A stretch of 22,515 nucleotides of DNA from an uncultured Nitrospiraceae bacterium. GTDB lineage: Bacteria; Nitrospirota; UBA9217. Location of the stretch: contig CAZTXN010000001.1 in the NCBI GenBank assembly GCA_964617655.1, positions 20,124-42,638 on the forward strand. The letters are read 5' to 3'. The notes under the pieces are model-generated. The model was not told where the DNA came from. It was given only the letters and a program-made list of their open reading frames with translations, and did not search any database. Shown here in pieces: positions 1 to 10,730 of the stretch. Made by a program: the position numbers and the translations under genes. The stretch's first letter is position 1, and each line of letters begins with the position of its first letter.

Positions 1-1034
1 GTCTCCTCGATCTCGGTCAGCGTTATCGCCCGGTCCGATGCCGAGACCGCCTGGAGCACCACGATCATGCGCTCCGGGTCGTTCACCGTATCCAGCGCAG
101 CCTTGGCCATGCGCGCCACGAGCTGCCTGCTCTCACGGTAAGACAGGCCCTTCCGGGTCTTCAGGTCCCGATGAGCGATCAGGGTCCAGAAATGGTCCAC
201 ACCCGCAGCTCGGTAAGCGCTGATATCGAACGCATACTCCCTCAGAAGACCATCGGGATTCGCGAGCGGCAGCAGAACGGGAACAGGCACGCCGACCACG
301 ATGCCCGGGTTCTGGGACCGCGCCGCCGTCCGGATCGCCCCATAGGCTTCGACGAGACGGTCCCGCTTCAAACGAGCCCATGCCGAGAATCCTTTGCCAT
401 ACTCGGTGATCACCGGCTCGCCGTCAGACCGGTCGATCCTCAGAAAAAGGTCGCGGGCAGCGACCGGAAAGCCCAGCTTCTGCTCCAGGACCTTCTCCAC
501 GGACCTTCCCATGGCCTCGGAGGTACGGTAGACGAAATCCTCGTCGAGCAGGATGCCATCCACGGAATAGGCTGCGATCTTCTTTGCCAGCCCGGTCAGG
601 TATGCCAGCGCCTGCTCATGGAAGAGGTCAAGCTTCCCCGTCCTGCGGTACGCACCGGCCGCAAGATCGTATCTCCAGTCCTCCCACCCGGGCCGTTCCT
701 GGACCACGGCATGCAGACCTCGCGTGGGCATGAGGATGAATATCCGCATTCCCGCCTGGTGGACCAGGTAGACCGTATTCGGAAGCGCACGCAGGTCGGG
801 TAATCCCCGTTCGTCCATCGGCAGTTCCAGGACCACCGTATCGGCGCCGGAGCCCTTCAAGCCGGACCAGAACCGCTCCTGCTGTGCATACGCCGACGGC
901 ACGCCGCGAACAAAGAATCCGTTCACTGTACGCGATGCCGCCCCGGCGTCACGCTGCATGCCGCATACCAGCAGGACCGCGACGACGGCCGCGATCAGGA
1001 GCCCCCTTCCGCGCAGGCCATCACTCCTTGCCAT
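1..1034 (-). CDS. secreted hypothetical protein (Sec-type signal peptide; possible glycoside-hydrolase-like TIM-barrel fold); C-terminus lies beyond the window start (partial)
   Basis: Absent from the ORF track because no stop codon falls inside the window. Reverse-complementing from the ATG at 1034-1032 gives an open frame running to position 1: MARSDGLRGRGLLIAAVVAVLLVCGMQRDAGAASRTVNGFFVRGVPSAYAQQERFWSGLKGSGADTVVLELPMDERGLPDLRALPNTVYLVHQAGMRIFILMP...VDGILLDEDFVY...FDISAYRAAGVDHFWTLIAHRDLK... It has a positively charged n-region, a hydrophobic h-region and an AGA-A cleavage-like site. A GGGGAG Shine-Dalgarno lies 7 nt upstream of the ATG. Function is not recognised with confidence. Confidence 0.5.
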   Translation of the reverse strand, partial: MARSDGLRGRGLLIAAVVAVLLVCGMQRDAGAASRTVNGFFVRGVPSAYAQQERFWSGLKGSGADTVVLELPMDERGLPDLRALPNTVYLVHQAGMRIFILMPTRGLHAVVQERPGWEDWRYDLAAGAYRRTGKLDLFHEQALAYLTGLAKKIAAYSVDGILLDEDFVYRTSEAMGRSVEKVLEQKLGFPVAARDLFLRIDRSDGEPVITEYGKGFSAWARLKRDRLVEAYGAIRTAARSQNPGIVVGVPVPVLLPLANPDGLLREYAFDISAYRAAGVDHFWTLIAHRDLKTRKGLSYRESRQLVARMAKAALDTVNDPERMIVVLQAVSASDRAITLTEIEE

Positions 1035-1201
1035 GATCTTCTCCCCTTTCCCGCGTACATTCGTGAAGCCGCAGCCGTACAGGACCACCTGCACAGCCAT
1101 GACCATTCTGCCGGACCGGTGAATACCGCTCGCCTGCCAGCGTCGCCTGCATCCGCACGCCAGCCTCTCGCTTCCCCCTCTCCGCGGCTCTGTCGCCCGG
1201 T

Positions 1202-2440
1202 TCAGGAGAGCTTCTCAGCGATCCGCCGCGCCCGCGAGATGGGCCGTACGAGAGCGAATGATCGGTCCCTGAGCAACCAGAGGTTCCGGACCCCCGCGGC
1301 CATGTCTGCGTCCAACCGGCTCCGAGCAGCTGTCTGCGGGAGAAATCGATCATAGGCAACCGGCCGTTCAGGCCAGGGTTCGCGCTCTACGCTTGAGAGA
1401 AGGAACCCATCGAGAAATGGCATCAGGATGCGCAATCGGTCCAGCAGCCGGCCGTCAGGAGCGGGTCGCTGCGCCGCTGGCAGGAAGTTCGCGACCATTT
1501 TCATCGCTCCGCTGTTACCGTGTCCGGGGACGCGTTCGGCGTCTGCGCAGGACAGGACAAATACCTCCCTGGGTTCCGCATAAGCGGCCAGGCAGAGCAC
1601 CGTGGACGCCATACCGACCGGGATCCCCTCTCCCTTGACGCTCAGGAGCAGGGAGCGCTCCTCCTGCCAGGGTGTGTTCAGCAGGACCGCTCCCGCTGTG
1701 ATTTCTCCCTCTCGCAGCACCACGGACCGCACCCGCCGGGACAGGATCTGGATATCAGGCCATGCGCCCCCGGTTCGGAACTCCCCTCCCAAAGAGGTCA
1801 GGACATCCCGCAGCCTGCCCGCAAGCACCTGCCATCCTCCCGGCACCGGCAGCGGACCGGCGGCCACCATCTCAGCAAGCTCACGCAGGGTCACCCCATC
1901 CGTCCCGTGGCCAAAGAAGGATCGCAGCTGGACACCGAAGAAGGCGCTGAGCTCACGGCTGCAGCCGTGCGCGGCGAGGAACGATGCCGCTGAACGCCGC
2001 TTCGCAAGGAACGCGTAAAACCGGCTCCTGCCGCACCGGTCATTGATCCGGACCAGTTCCCCCATGAGCCGCGCAATTCGGTCGATTTCCCTCGGGAACT
2101 CGCGCCGGAGCTCTTCCCGGGTAGCATCCCCCTCGCTGAAGACCGAGATCCTTCGGTCCGGAAGCGCTACCTGATAGACCGGAACACCGGGTGTTCTTAC
2201 CGGCGCAGCAAGACCAGCAGCGGCATAGAGATAGCGGAGAACGCCGCCGGCGCCGAACCCGCAGGTCAGCGCCGGACCTGCGGCAATGACCTGGCCATTC
2301 TCCCCCCGGGCTGCAAGCACGCCTCCCGGCAGCCCGGCGGGATCGACCACGACCACCCTGCGGTGCGCCCGTGCAAGCAGGACCGCTGCAGCGAGACCGG
2401 GAAGTCCTGCTCCTATGACGGCGACATCTGCACTGGACAC
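1202..2440 (-). CDS. FAD/NAD(P)-binding oxidoreductase, phytoene-desaturase (CrtI)-like family
   Basis: 412-aa ORF. The N-terminal Rossmann dinucleotide-binding motif VAVIGAGLPGLAAAVLLARAHRRVVVVD (GxGxxG followed by an acidic residue) is followed by a large amine-oxidase/desaturase-like body. Start is GTG at 2440, with an AGGAG Shine-Dalgarno 7 nt upstream. Confidence 0.65.
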   Translation of the reverse strand: MSSADVAVIGAGLPGLAAAVLLARAHRRVVVVDPAGLPGGVLAARGENGQVIAAGPALTCGFGAGGVLRYLYAAAGLAAPVRTPGVPVYQVALPDRRISVFSEGDATREELRREFPREIDRIARLMGELVRINDRCGRSRFYAFLAKRRSAASFLAAHGCSRELSAFFGVQLRSFFGHGTDGVTLRELAEMVAAGPLPVPGGWQVLAGRLRDVLTSLGGEFRTGGAWPDIQILSRRVRSVVLREGEITAGAVLLNTPWQEERSLLLSVKGEGIPVGMASTVLCLAAYAEPREVFVLSCADAERVPGHGNSGAMKMVANFLPAAQRPAPDGRLLDRLRILMPFLDGFLLSSVEREPWPERPVAYDRFLPQTAARSRLDADMAAGVRNLWLLRDRSFALVRPISRARRIAEKLS

Positions 2441-2485
2441 GGCTCCGCTCCTGATCCTGATGTACCGCTCCCGGATGGGAACGGG

Positions 2486-2526
2486 AAATAAAAAAAGGAA
2501 ACAGGACCCGTAAATCCCATTTCCTT
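2486..2526 (-). terminator. rho-independent terminator downstream of pnp
   Basis: Minus-strand RNA reads AGGAAAUGGGAUUUACGGGUCCUGUUUCCU followed by UUUUUUUAUUU. The AGGAAA/UUUCCU outer stem plus an inner GG/CC stem is followed directly by a U7 tract, about 35 nt after the pnp stop. Confidence 0.5.
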
Positions 2527-2559
2527 CCCTGTGGCGCGGCGGTACGCGCTCTCCTGCCG

Positions 2560-4653
2560 TTATTTCGCCTTTGCCTGTTCGCGCACGGCCTCTTTGCGGG
2601 AGAGGCGGATCTTCCCCTGGCGGTCGATCTCCAGGACCTTGACCAGGACCTCGTCCCCTTCCTTCAGTTCATCGGTCACCTTCTCGAGCCTGCGCTCCGA
2701 TATCTGGGAGATGTGCAGCAGTCCGTCCGTGCCGGGAAATATCTCGACGAACGCGCCGAAGTCCATGATCCTCCTGACCTTGCCCATGTAGAGCTTGCCG
2801 ACCTCAGCCTCCTGCACGATGCCGCGGATGATCTCCTTCGCCTTGTTGGCCGCCGCTTCGTCAGCCGACGCGATATTGATGGTGCCGTCATCCTCGATAT
2901 CGATCTTGGCGCCGGTCTGCTCCACGATGCTCCTGATGACCTTTCCGCCCGTCCCGATCACGTCCTTGATCTTCTCCGTGCTGATCTTCATGGTCAGGAT
3001 GCGCGGGGCGAAGGGGTTCAGGTTCTTGCGCGGCTCGGCGAGCGTCTCGAGCATCTTGCCGAGGATATGCAGACGGCCCTCCCGCGCCTGTTGAAGCGCC
3101 GTGCGCATGGTCTCGATCGTGATGCCCTCGATCTTCATGTCCATCTGGAGCGCGGTGATCCCCTTGCTGGTCCCGGTCACCTTGAAGTCCATGTCCCCGA
3201 GATGGTCCTCGAGCCCCAGGATGTCCGAGAGGATGATGACCGTGTCATTCTCCTTTATGAGGCCCATGGCGATGCCCGCCACCGGCGCCTTGATCGGCAC
3301 GCCTGCGTCCATGAGCGCCAGGGTCCCGCCGCAGACCGTGGCCATGGAGGACGATCCATTGGACTCCAGGATGTCCGACACGAGCCGAATGGTGTACGGG
3401 AAGTCCTGCTTGGTCGGCACGACAGGGCGCAGGGCGCGTTCTGCCAGGGCGCCGTGACCAACCTCCCGCCGGCCGGGGCCGCGCAGGGGCCTGGTCTCGC
3501 CGACGCTGAACGGCGGGAAGTTGTAATGGAGCATGAAGGTCTTGAAATACTCGCCTTCCAGCGCATCGATCCGCTGTTCATCCTCGGAGGTCCCGAGCGT
3601 CGCAACGGCCAGCGCCTGGGTCTCCCCCCGCGTGAAGAGCGCGGACCCGTGCGTGCGGGGAAGCAGTCCTACATTGCAGCTGATCGGCCGGATCTCGGCG
3701 GGCTTCCGGCCGTCCGCCCGGACGTTCCTGTCCAGGATGATCCTCCGCACCTCGTCCTTCTCGATGTTCAGGAAGATCTTGGAGACCTGGAGCTTCCTCG
3801 TCGGATCGCTCTCGTCCTTCAGTTTTTCCTTGATCTCGGCCAACAGCGCATCAAGCGTCTTCTGGCGCTCCATCTTGTTCGGGATGATGATGGAGGTCCT
3901 GAGGCGCTCGAGCGCAAGTCCGCGGACCTGCTCCTCAAGCCCCTTGTCGAGCTCGACGGTCTTGACCGTCCGCTTCGGCTTGCCCACCTTCTGCACCAGC
4001 TCCTGCTGCAGCGCGACGATCTTCCGGATCTCCTGGTGCCCGACCGCAAGCGCCTCGAGCATCTGGTCCTCGGTCAGCTCGTTGGCGCCCCCCTCCACCA
4101 TCATAACGGCGTCCGCGGTCCCGGCCATGACCAGGTTCAGCGATGAAGTGACGATCTCCTTCAGGCCGGGATTGATGCGGTAGGCGCCGTCGATCATCCC
4201 TACGCGAACCGCGCCCACCGGACCGTTGAACGGGATCTCGGAGATCGCCAGGGCGGCGGATGACGCGATCATGCCCAGCAGGTCCATGGAGCTCTCGTCG
4301 CCGATGGAGAGCACCGAGGCGATGATCTGGGTGTCGAAATAGTACCCTTCCGGGAAAAGCGGCCGGATCGGCCGGTCGATCAGCCGGGAGGTCAGGACCT
4401 CCTTCTCGGTCTGGCGCCCTTCCCGCTTGAAGAAGCCGCCGGGGATCCGGCCGGCCGAGTACGTCTTTTCCTGATAGTCCACGGTGAGCGGCAGGAAGTC
4501 CACGTTCTCCCGCTCAACTTTTGACGCGACGGCCGTCGCCAGCACCACGGTATCTCCGTACCGCGCCACGACCGCTCCGCTCGCCTGCCGCGCCATGACG
4601 CCGGTCTCCAGGACCAGGCGCTTGCCGCCAATCTCTGTTTCAACGGTTACCAT
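2560..4653 (-). CDS. pnp: polyribonucleotide nucleotidyltransferase (PNPase)
   Basis: 697-aa ORF starting MVTVETEIGGKRLVLETGVMARQASGAVVARYGDTVVLATAV. It has two RNase PH-like domains followed by KH and S1 domains (C-terminal ...GKVRRIMDFGAFVEIFPGTDGLLHISQI...). A GAGG Shine-Dalgarno lies 4 nt upstream. It sits directly downstream of rpsO, as in most bacteria. Confidence 0.97.
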   Translation of the reverse strand: MVTVETEIGGKRLVLETGVMARQASGAVVARYGDTVVLATAVASKVERENVDFLPLTVDYQEKTYSAGRIPGGFFKREGRQTEKEVLTSRLIDRPIRPLFPEGYYFDTQIIASVLSIGDESSMDLLGMIASSAALAISEIPFNGPVGAVRVGMIDGAYRINPGLKEIVTSSLNLVMAGTADAVMMVEGGANELTEDQMLEALAVGHQEIRKIVALQQELVQKVGKPKRTVKTVELDKGLEEQVRGLALERLRTSIIIPNKMERQKTLDALLAEIKEKLKDESDPTRKLQVSKIFLNIEKDEVRRIILDRNVRADGRKPAEIRPISCNVGLLPRTHGSALFTRGETQALAVATLGTSEDEQRIDALEGEYFKTFMLHYNFPPFSVGETRPLRGPGRREVGHGALAERALRPVVPTKQDFPYTIRLVSDILESNGSSSMATVCGGTLALMDAGVPIKAPVAGIAMGLIKENDTVIILSDILGLEDHLGDMDFKVTGTSKGITALQMDMKIEGITIETMRTALQQAREGRLHILGKMLETLAEPRKNLNPFAPRILTMKISTEKIKDVIGTGGKVIRSIVEQTGAKIDIEDDGTINIASADEAAANKAKEIIRGIVQEAEVGKLYMGKVRRIMDFGAFVEIFPGTDGLLHISQISERRLEKVTDELKEGDEVLVKVLEIDRQGKIRLSRKEAVREQAKAK

Positions 4654-4694
4654 GCAGCCTCATTTCTTTAATTAGGATGGGGTATGCGGCCTTG

Positions 4695-4958
4695 CTATTT
4701 CCGCAGGCCGAGCTTGTCCACGACCGTGCGATAGCGCTCGAGGTCATTGGCACGCAGGTACTCCAGATGCCGCCGGCGCTGGCCGACCATCTTCAGGAGC
4801 CCTCTGCGGGAATGATGGTCCTGTTTATGCGTCTGCAGGTGCTCGGTCAGATGATTGATCCGTCCGCTCAACAGCGCGATCTGCACCTCCGGGGAGCCGG
4901 TATCCGATGCGTGCCTGCGATAGTTGCTGATCAGACCGCTCTTCTTCTCCTTGTCCAT
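4695..4958 (-). CDS. rpsO: 30S ribosomal protein S15
   Basis: 87 aa: [87 protein letters not shown]. This is a typical S15 sequence. A strong AAAGGAGGTG Shine-Dalgarno lies 6 nt upstream. Confidence 0.95.
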   Translation of the reverse strand: MDKEKKSGLISNYRRHASDTGSPEVQIALLSGRINHLTEHLQTHKQDHHSRRGLLKMVGQRRRHLEYLRANDLERYRTVVDKLGLRK

Positions 4959-4994
4959 GCTGTCACCTCCTTTCTTCTGGGCTTAAAGCGTTAC

Positions 4995-5023
4995 AAATTA
5001 GCATATTTTCAATCTGTTGTAAA
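4995..5023 (-). promoter_or_regulatory. sigma-70-like promoter for rpsO-pnp (-35 TTTACA, 17-nt spacer, -10 TAATTT)
   Basis: In the AT-rich truB-rpsO intergenic region the minus strand reads cacTTTACAacagattgaaaatatgcTAATTTgtaacg. The -10 lies at 4995-5000 and the -35 at 5018-5023. The predicted leader is about 30 nt. Confidence 0.45.
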
Positions 5024-5043
5024 GTGTTTTCCATCAGGGTGTT

Positions 5044-5077
5044 AAAAAAGCTCATGCCAGGACCGTTTCAGGCATGA
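5044..5077 (-). terminator. rho-independent terminator at the 3' end of truB
   Basis: Minus-strand RNA reads UCAUGCC-(12-nt loop)-GGCAUGA GC UUUUUU. The 7-bp GC-rich stem (5052-5058 pairs with 5071-5077) overlaps the truB stop codon and is followed by a U6 tract. Confidence 0.45.
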
Positions 5078-5930
5078 TCAGGCCCTTCTCCATCCTCGCA
5101 ACAGCCAGGAGGTTCCCGTTACTGCTGATCCGGACGAGGCCTGCCGGGTACAGCGGCGTACCTGGGGGGACGGGAACAGGGTTCCCGTTCCTTGCCCTGT
5201 CCGCGGCAGCCCCCTCCAGGACCACTTCGGGAAAGGCTGCCAGGGCATCGGAAAGCGTGATGAGCCTCCGGTCCGCCCTTCCCCGACCAGCCAGGTCGGC
5301 CAGTTCCTCGATATCCACGGCATCCTCGAGACCGAACCGGCCGGATCGGAGCCGGATCAGCGCCGTGAGGTGGGCGCCGGTCCCCAGTCGCTCCCCGATG
5401 TCCGCAGCAAGCGTGCGCACATAGGTTCCCTTGGAACAGTGGACCCGGATGCGGATCAGCGGATCCGTGTATGCGAGCAGCGAAATGCCGTGGATGACGA
5501 CCTCCCGCTCCGGGTGCAGGCGCGCCTCGCCCTTCCGCGCGAGACGATAGGACGGCACGCCCTGCACCTTGACCGCCGAGTAGGCCGGCGGCCGCTGGCG
5601 GATGACGCCGCGGAAGTTCTCGAGGACGGCCTCGATCTCCCCGGTCGCGGGGGGCTGATAGTCCCTCGTCCCCGTGACCTTCCCGTCAGCGTCCAGCGTG
5701 TCGGTAACGATGCCGAGGCGGAACTCGGCCTCATACTCCTTGTCATCGGACTCGAGGTACCTGACAATGCGCGTCGCCGAGCCGGCACAGAGCACGAGCA
5801 CGCCGGTGGCGAGGGGATCGAGCGTGCCGCAATGGCCGATCCGCTTCTCCTGCAGCAGCAGCCGCGCCCGCTGAACGACATCATGGGACGTCCAGCCACG
5901 CGGCTTGTCGATGACCATGACGCCGTTCAT
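5052..5930 (-). CDS. truB: tRNA pseudouridine(55) synthase
   Basis: The ORF-track entry 5052..6257 has a Gly/Arg-rich N-terminal extension that overlaps the upstream gene and is rejected. The real start is the internal ATG at 5930, giving MNGVMVIDKPRGWTSHDVVQRARLLLQEKRIGHCGTLDPLATGVLVLCAGSATRI (the TruB catalytic Asp motif GTLDPLA). It forms an ATGA start/stop overlap with the nrnA stop, which suggests translational coupling. Confidence 0.9.
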   Translation of the reverse strand: MNGVMVIDKPRGWTSHDVVQRARLLLQEKRIGHCGTLDPLATGVLVLCAGSATRIVRYLESDDKEYEAEFRLGIVTDTLDADGKVTGTRDYQPPATGEIEAVLENFRGVIRQRPPAYSAVKVQGVPSYRLARKGEARLHPEREVVIHGISLLAYTDPLIRIRVHCSKGTYVRTLAADIGERLGTGAHLTALIRLRSGRFGLEDAVDIEELADLAGRGRADRRLITLSDALAAFPEVVLEGAAADRARNGNPVPVPPGTPLYPAGLVRISSNGNLLAVARMEKGLIMPETVLA

Positions 5931-6916
5931 GCACCCGCTGCCGCCGGGGGGCCCAGCTGCGACTCGATCTGCTGCCGCACGGTCTCGAGGACCCGGTCGC
6001 GCACAGCGGAAAAGGACCCGTCCAGGACCCCGCCGGCCGCGTTGCGGTGGCCGCCGCCGCCCAGGGAGCGCGCGACCCCCGTGAGGTCCACCCGGCCCTT
6101 CGAACGGAGGCTGATCTTGTACTGTTCCTGCCCGGTCTGGCGGAAGAGTACCGCGACCTCGACGCCCTTGACCGCCCGTACGAAGTTCACGAAATTGTCC
6201 GTGTCCGCGGCCGTCGTGCCGGTCCTGCGGTAGAGGTCCTCGTTCACCACCACCCATGCCGCCCGTCCGTCGCTGGTTCGCTCCATCCCGGCCAGCACGG
6301 CGCCGAGCAGCGCGATCCTGCGGAAGGCGAATGACTCATAGACATTCTCGGTCACGACCCAGGGATCTGCGCCGGCATCGATGAGCGATGCGGCGATGCG
6401 CATGCTGGCGGCCGTGGTGTTGGAGTACCGGAAGGAGCCCGTATCGGTGAAGATTGCGGTAAAGAGACACTGCGCGGTCGCCTGGTCCATCGCCGCACCG
6501 AGCCGTTCCAGCAGCCGGTAGACCATCTCCCCTGTCGCCGCCGCGTCGGTATCGAGCCAGGTGAGCGGCCAGACCCGGGGATTGGTGACGTGGTGATCGA
6601 TGTTGATGAGCGTCCGCGCCGGATAGGAACCGTCGAACAGCCCCGTCCGTTCGGGCTCGCTGTCCAGGACGACGAGTGCGTCGTAGCTCCCGTCCACGGC
6701 AGGTCCCGAGGCGATGCGCTCCTGGCCCGGCAGGAAGCGGTAGATCTCCGGCACGGGATCGAGATTGTGCGCGCGAACGGACTTGCCCAGCCGCTCGAGC
6801 GAGCGGAGCAGGGCGAGCTGGGACCCCAGAGCGTCCCCGTCGGGGTTCCGGTGGACCGAGAGCAGGACCGATCCGCTCCGGCGCAGGGCATCCGCCACCG
6901 CTGCAAGGTCACTCAT
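5927..6916 (-). CDS. nrnA: DHH/DHHA1-family phosphoesterase (NrnA-like oligoribonuclease / pAp phosphatase)
   Basis: MSDLAAVADALRRSGSVLLSVHRNPDGDALGSQLALLRSLERLGKSVRA...DHH...GGGHRNAAG carries the DHH motifs and the C-terminal DHHA1 GGGH motif. Start chosen at the ATG at 6916 because the spacing to the HRNPDGDALGS motif matches NrnA homologues. The upstream ATG at 6955 would overlap rbfA by 47 nt. Confidence 0.8.
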   Translation of the reverse strand: MSDLAAVADALRRSGSVLLSVHRNPDGDALGSQLALLRSLERLGKSVRAHNLDPVPEIYRFLPGQERIASGPAVDGSYDALVVLDSEPERTGLFDGSYPARTLINIDHHVTNPRVWPLTWLDTDAAATGEMVYRLLERLGAAMDQATAQCLFTAIFTDTGSFRYSNTTAASMRIAASLIDAGADPWVVTENVYESFAFRRIALLGAVLAGMERTSDGRAAWVVVNEDLYRRTGTTAADTDNFVNFVRAVKGVEVAVLFRQTGQEQYKISLRSKGRVDLTGVARSLGGGGHRNAAGGVLDGSFSAVRDRVLETVRQQIESQLGPPAAAGA

Positions 6917-7283
6917 CGTCCTGCCCCCGCTTCCGGTCCTCTTCCTCGATGTCATGCAGCAGTTCCATGATATGGGCCCCGCGCTCGGCCGCCGTATCGA
7001 TCCGGAAGAGCAGCTCGGGCACGTACTTCATGCGCATGCGCCTGCCCAGTTCGCTCCGGATGAACGCGGCGGCGCTCGCGATCCCCTCGAGCGTCCGCTC
7101 CTGGTCCGGCCCCAGGACGCTGATATAGACCTTGGCGTTCCGGAGATCGTCGCTCACGACGACCTCGGTGACGGTCGCGAAGCCGATGCGGGGGTCGCGT
7201 ATCCTCCGCATGAGGATATCGGCGATCTCCTCCTTCATCTGGTCGCCGACGCGCGACGATCGTTTATAGGACGGCTTTGCCAT
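6909..7283 (-). CDS. rbfA: ribosome-binding factor A
   Basis: 124 aa: MAKPSYKRSSRVGDQMKEEIADILMRRIRDPRIGFATVTEVVVSDDLRNAKVYISVLG is the classic RbfA KH-like sequence. It lies downstream of infB as expected. Confidence 0.9.
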   Translation of the reverse strand: MAKPSYKRSSRVGDQMKEEIADILMRRIRDPRIGFATVTEVVVSDDLRNAKVYISVLGPDQERTLEGIASAAAFIRSELGRRMRMKYVPELLFRIDTAAERGAHIMELLHDIEEEDRKRGQDDE

Positions 7284-7289
7284 GGGACG

Positions 7290-7571
7290 CTAGAGGAATT
7301 CGATCTGGTAGTCCAGCAGGTGGACCTCGGGCACCGACCGCACGAGGTCCACGACATGGTCCAGGGTCCGGTTCAGGCGGGTTTTGTCATTGCTCACCGC
7401 GGCCACGGCAAGCGATGTCTTCTGCCACAGGTCGTTGTGATCGACCTCGGCGACCGAGACGTTGAAGCGGCTCCGGATGCGGTCCTTGAGGCTCTTGAGC
7501 GAGTGGCGCTTGGTCTTGAGCGAGCCGCTCTCGGGAATGTGCAGATCGATCGTGCAGATGCCGATGAACAT
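7290..7571 (-). CDS. DUF503-family protein (YlxP-like small protein of the infB-rbfA operon)
   Basis: 93 aa: MFIGICTIDLHIPESGSLKTKRHSLKSLKDRIRSRFNVSVAEVDHNDLWQKTSLAVAAVSNDKTRLNRTLDHVVDLVRSVPEVHLLDYQIEFL. This resembles the conserved DUF503 protein found between infB and rbfA in Firmicutes and many other phyla. It begins 3 nt after the infB stop. Confidence 0.75.
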   Translation of the reverse strand: MFIGICTIDLHIPESGSLKTKRHSLKSLKDRIRSRFNVSVAEVDHNDLWQKTSLAVAAVSNDKTRLNRTLDHVVDLVRSVPEVHLLDYQIEFL

Positions 7572-7574
7572 GCG

Positions 7575-10085
<2,511 letters not shown>

Positions 10086-10128
10086 ACAGTGCCAACCCCC
10101 GATGATTCATGCGCAGCGACATTGTACT

Positions 10129-10713
10129 CTACGCATGGGTATTTATCAAGCCCTTATATCTCGCATGCTCGCTCATGAGCGCGTCCGCGAAGCCCTGATC
10201 GAGCATTGCCGCAACACTGATCATCTCCCTGCCGACGATGCCGCCGAGCTCCGCCGTGCTGAAGGCCGTGATCTCCGGCAGCGTCGCCTCCGAAGCGGCC
10301 GCCAGGATCTTTTCCCGCGTACCGGGCGAGCAGTCCTCGGAAAAGAGGATCAGCTTCACCCGTCCCTTCTGCAGCGCATCCTCGACCGCTGAGAAACCCA
10401 TCGCGATCCTGTCCGCCTTCGCGGCCTGGGAGCAGAGAGCAGCCAAACGACGCCTCACGGCAGCGGCCAGTTCGGCGGTGAACTCCTCCGGCGAAGGCGT
10501 GCGCACCGCCGCACGGAACGCCCTGGGGATCTGTCCTCGCGACAACGCACGTTCGATGCAACCGCGCCGCGGGCAGACATAGGCTGCGCGACCCGGAAGC
10601 CGCTCCCGGTAGTCGATCACCGGCCCGTCAGGGCCGGCGACGAACCGGACGACCTCGTCCTTGCCGAACACTCCCCGGCAGCCGATGCAGGTCCTCTCCG
10701 GCCGGCGTCCCAT
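10129..10713 (-). CDS. YlxR (DUF448) - ribosomal L7Ae/L30e-like (YlxQ) fusion protein
   Basis: 194 aa. The N-terminal half, MGRRPERTCIGCRGVFGKDEVVRFVAGPDGPVIDYRERLPGRAAYVCPRRGCIERALSRGQI, has the YlxR/DUF448 Cys-rich signature. The C-terminal half, ...LAALCSQAAKADRIAMGFSAVEDALQKGRVKLILFSEDCSPGTREKILAAASEATLPEITAFSTAELGGIVGREMISVAAMLDQGFA, is L7Ae/YlxQ-like. It occupies the nusA-infB slot where ylxR and ylxQ usually occur as separate genes. Confidence 0.7.
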   Translation of the reverse strand: MGRRPERTCIGCRGVFGKDEVVRFVAGPDGPVIDYRERLPGRAAYVCPRRGCIERALSRGQIPRAFRAAVRTPSPEEFTAELAAAVRRRLAALCSQAAKADRIAMGFSAVEDALQKGRVKLILFSEDCSPGTREKILAAASEATLPEITAFSTAELGGIVGREMISVAAMLDQGFADALMSEHARYKGLINTHA

Positions 10714-10730
10714 GAAAGCGCACCCGTTCT

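Noticed and set aside
2713-4146. 477-aa plus-strand ORF antisense to pnp, with other plus-strand ORFs nested in 2531-4183
   Set aside because: Antisense to PNPase. Their composition is skewed toward Leu, Arg, Asp and Gly, with no recognisable motifs.
5931-6257. 109-codon N-terminal extension of truB in the ORF track (MGGGERGPLPQDRHDGRGHG...)
   Set aside because: It is Gly/Arg/Pro-rich and overlaps the nrnA coding region. The conserved TruB N-terminus begins at the internal ATG at 5930.
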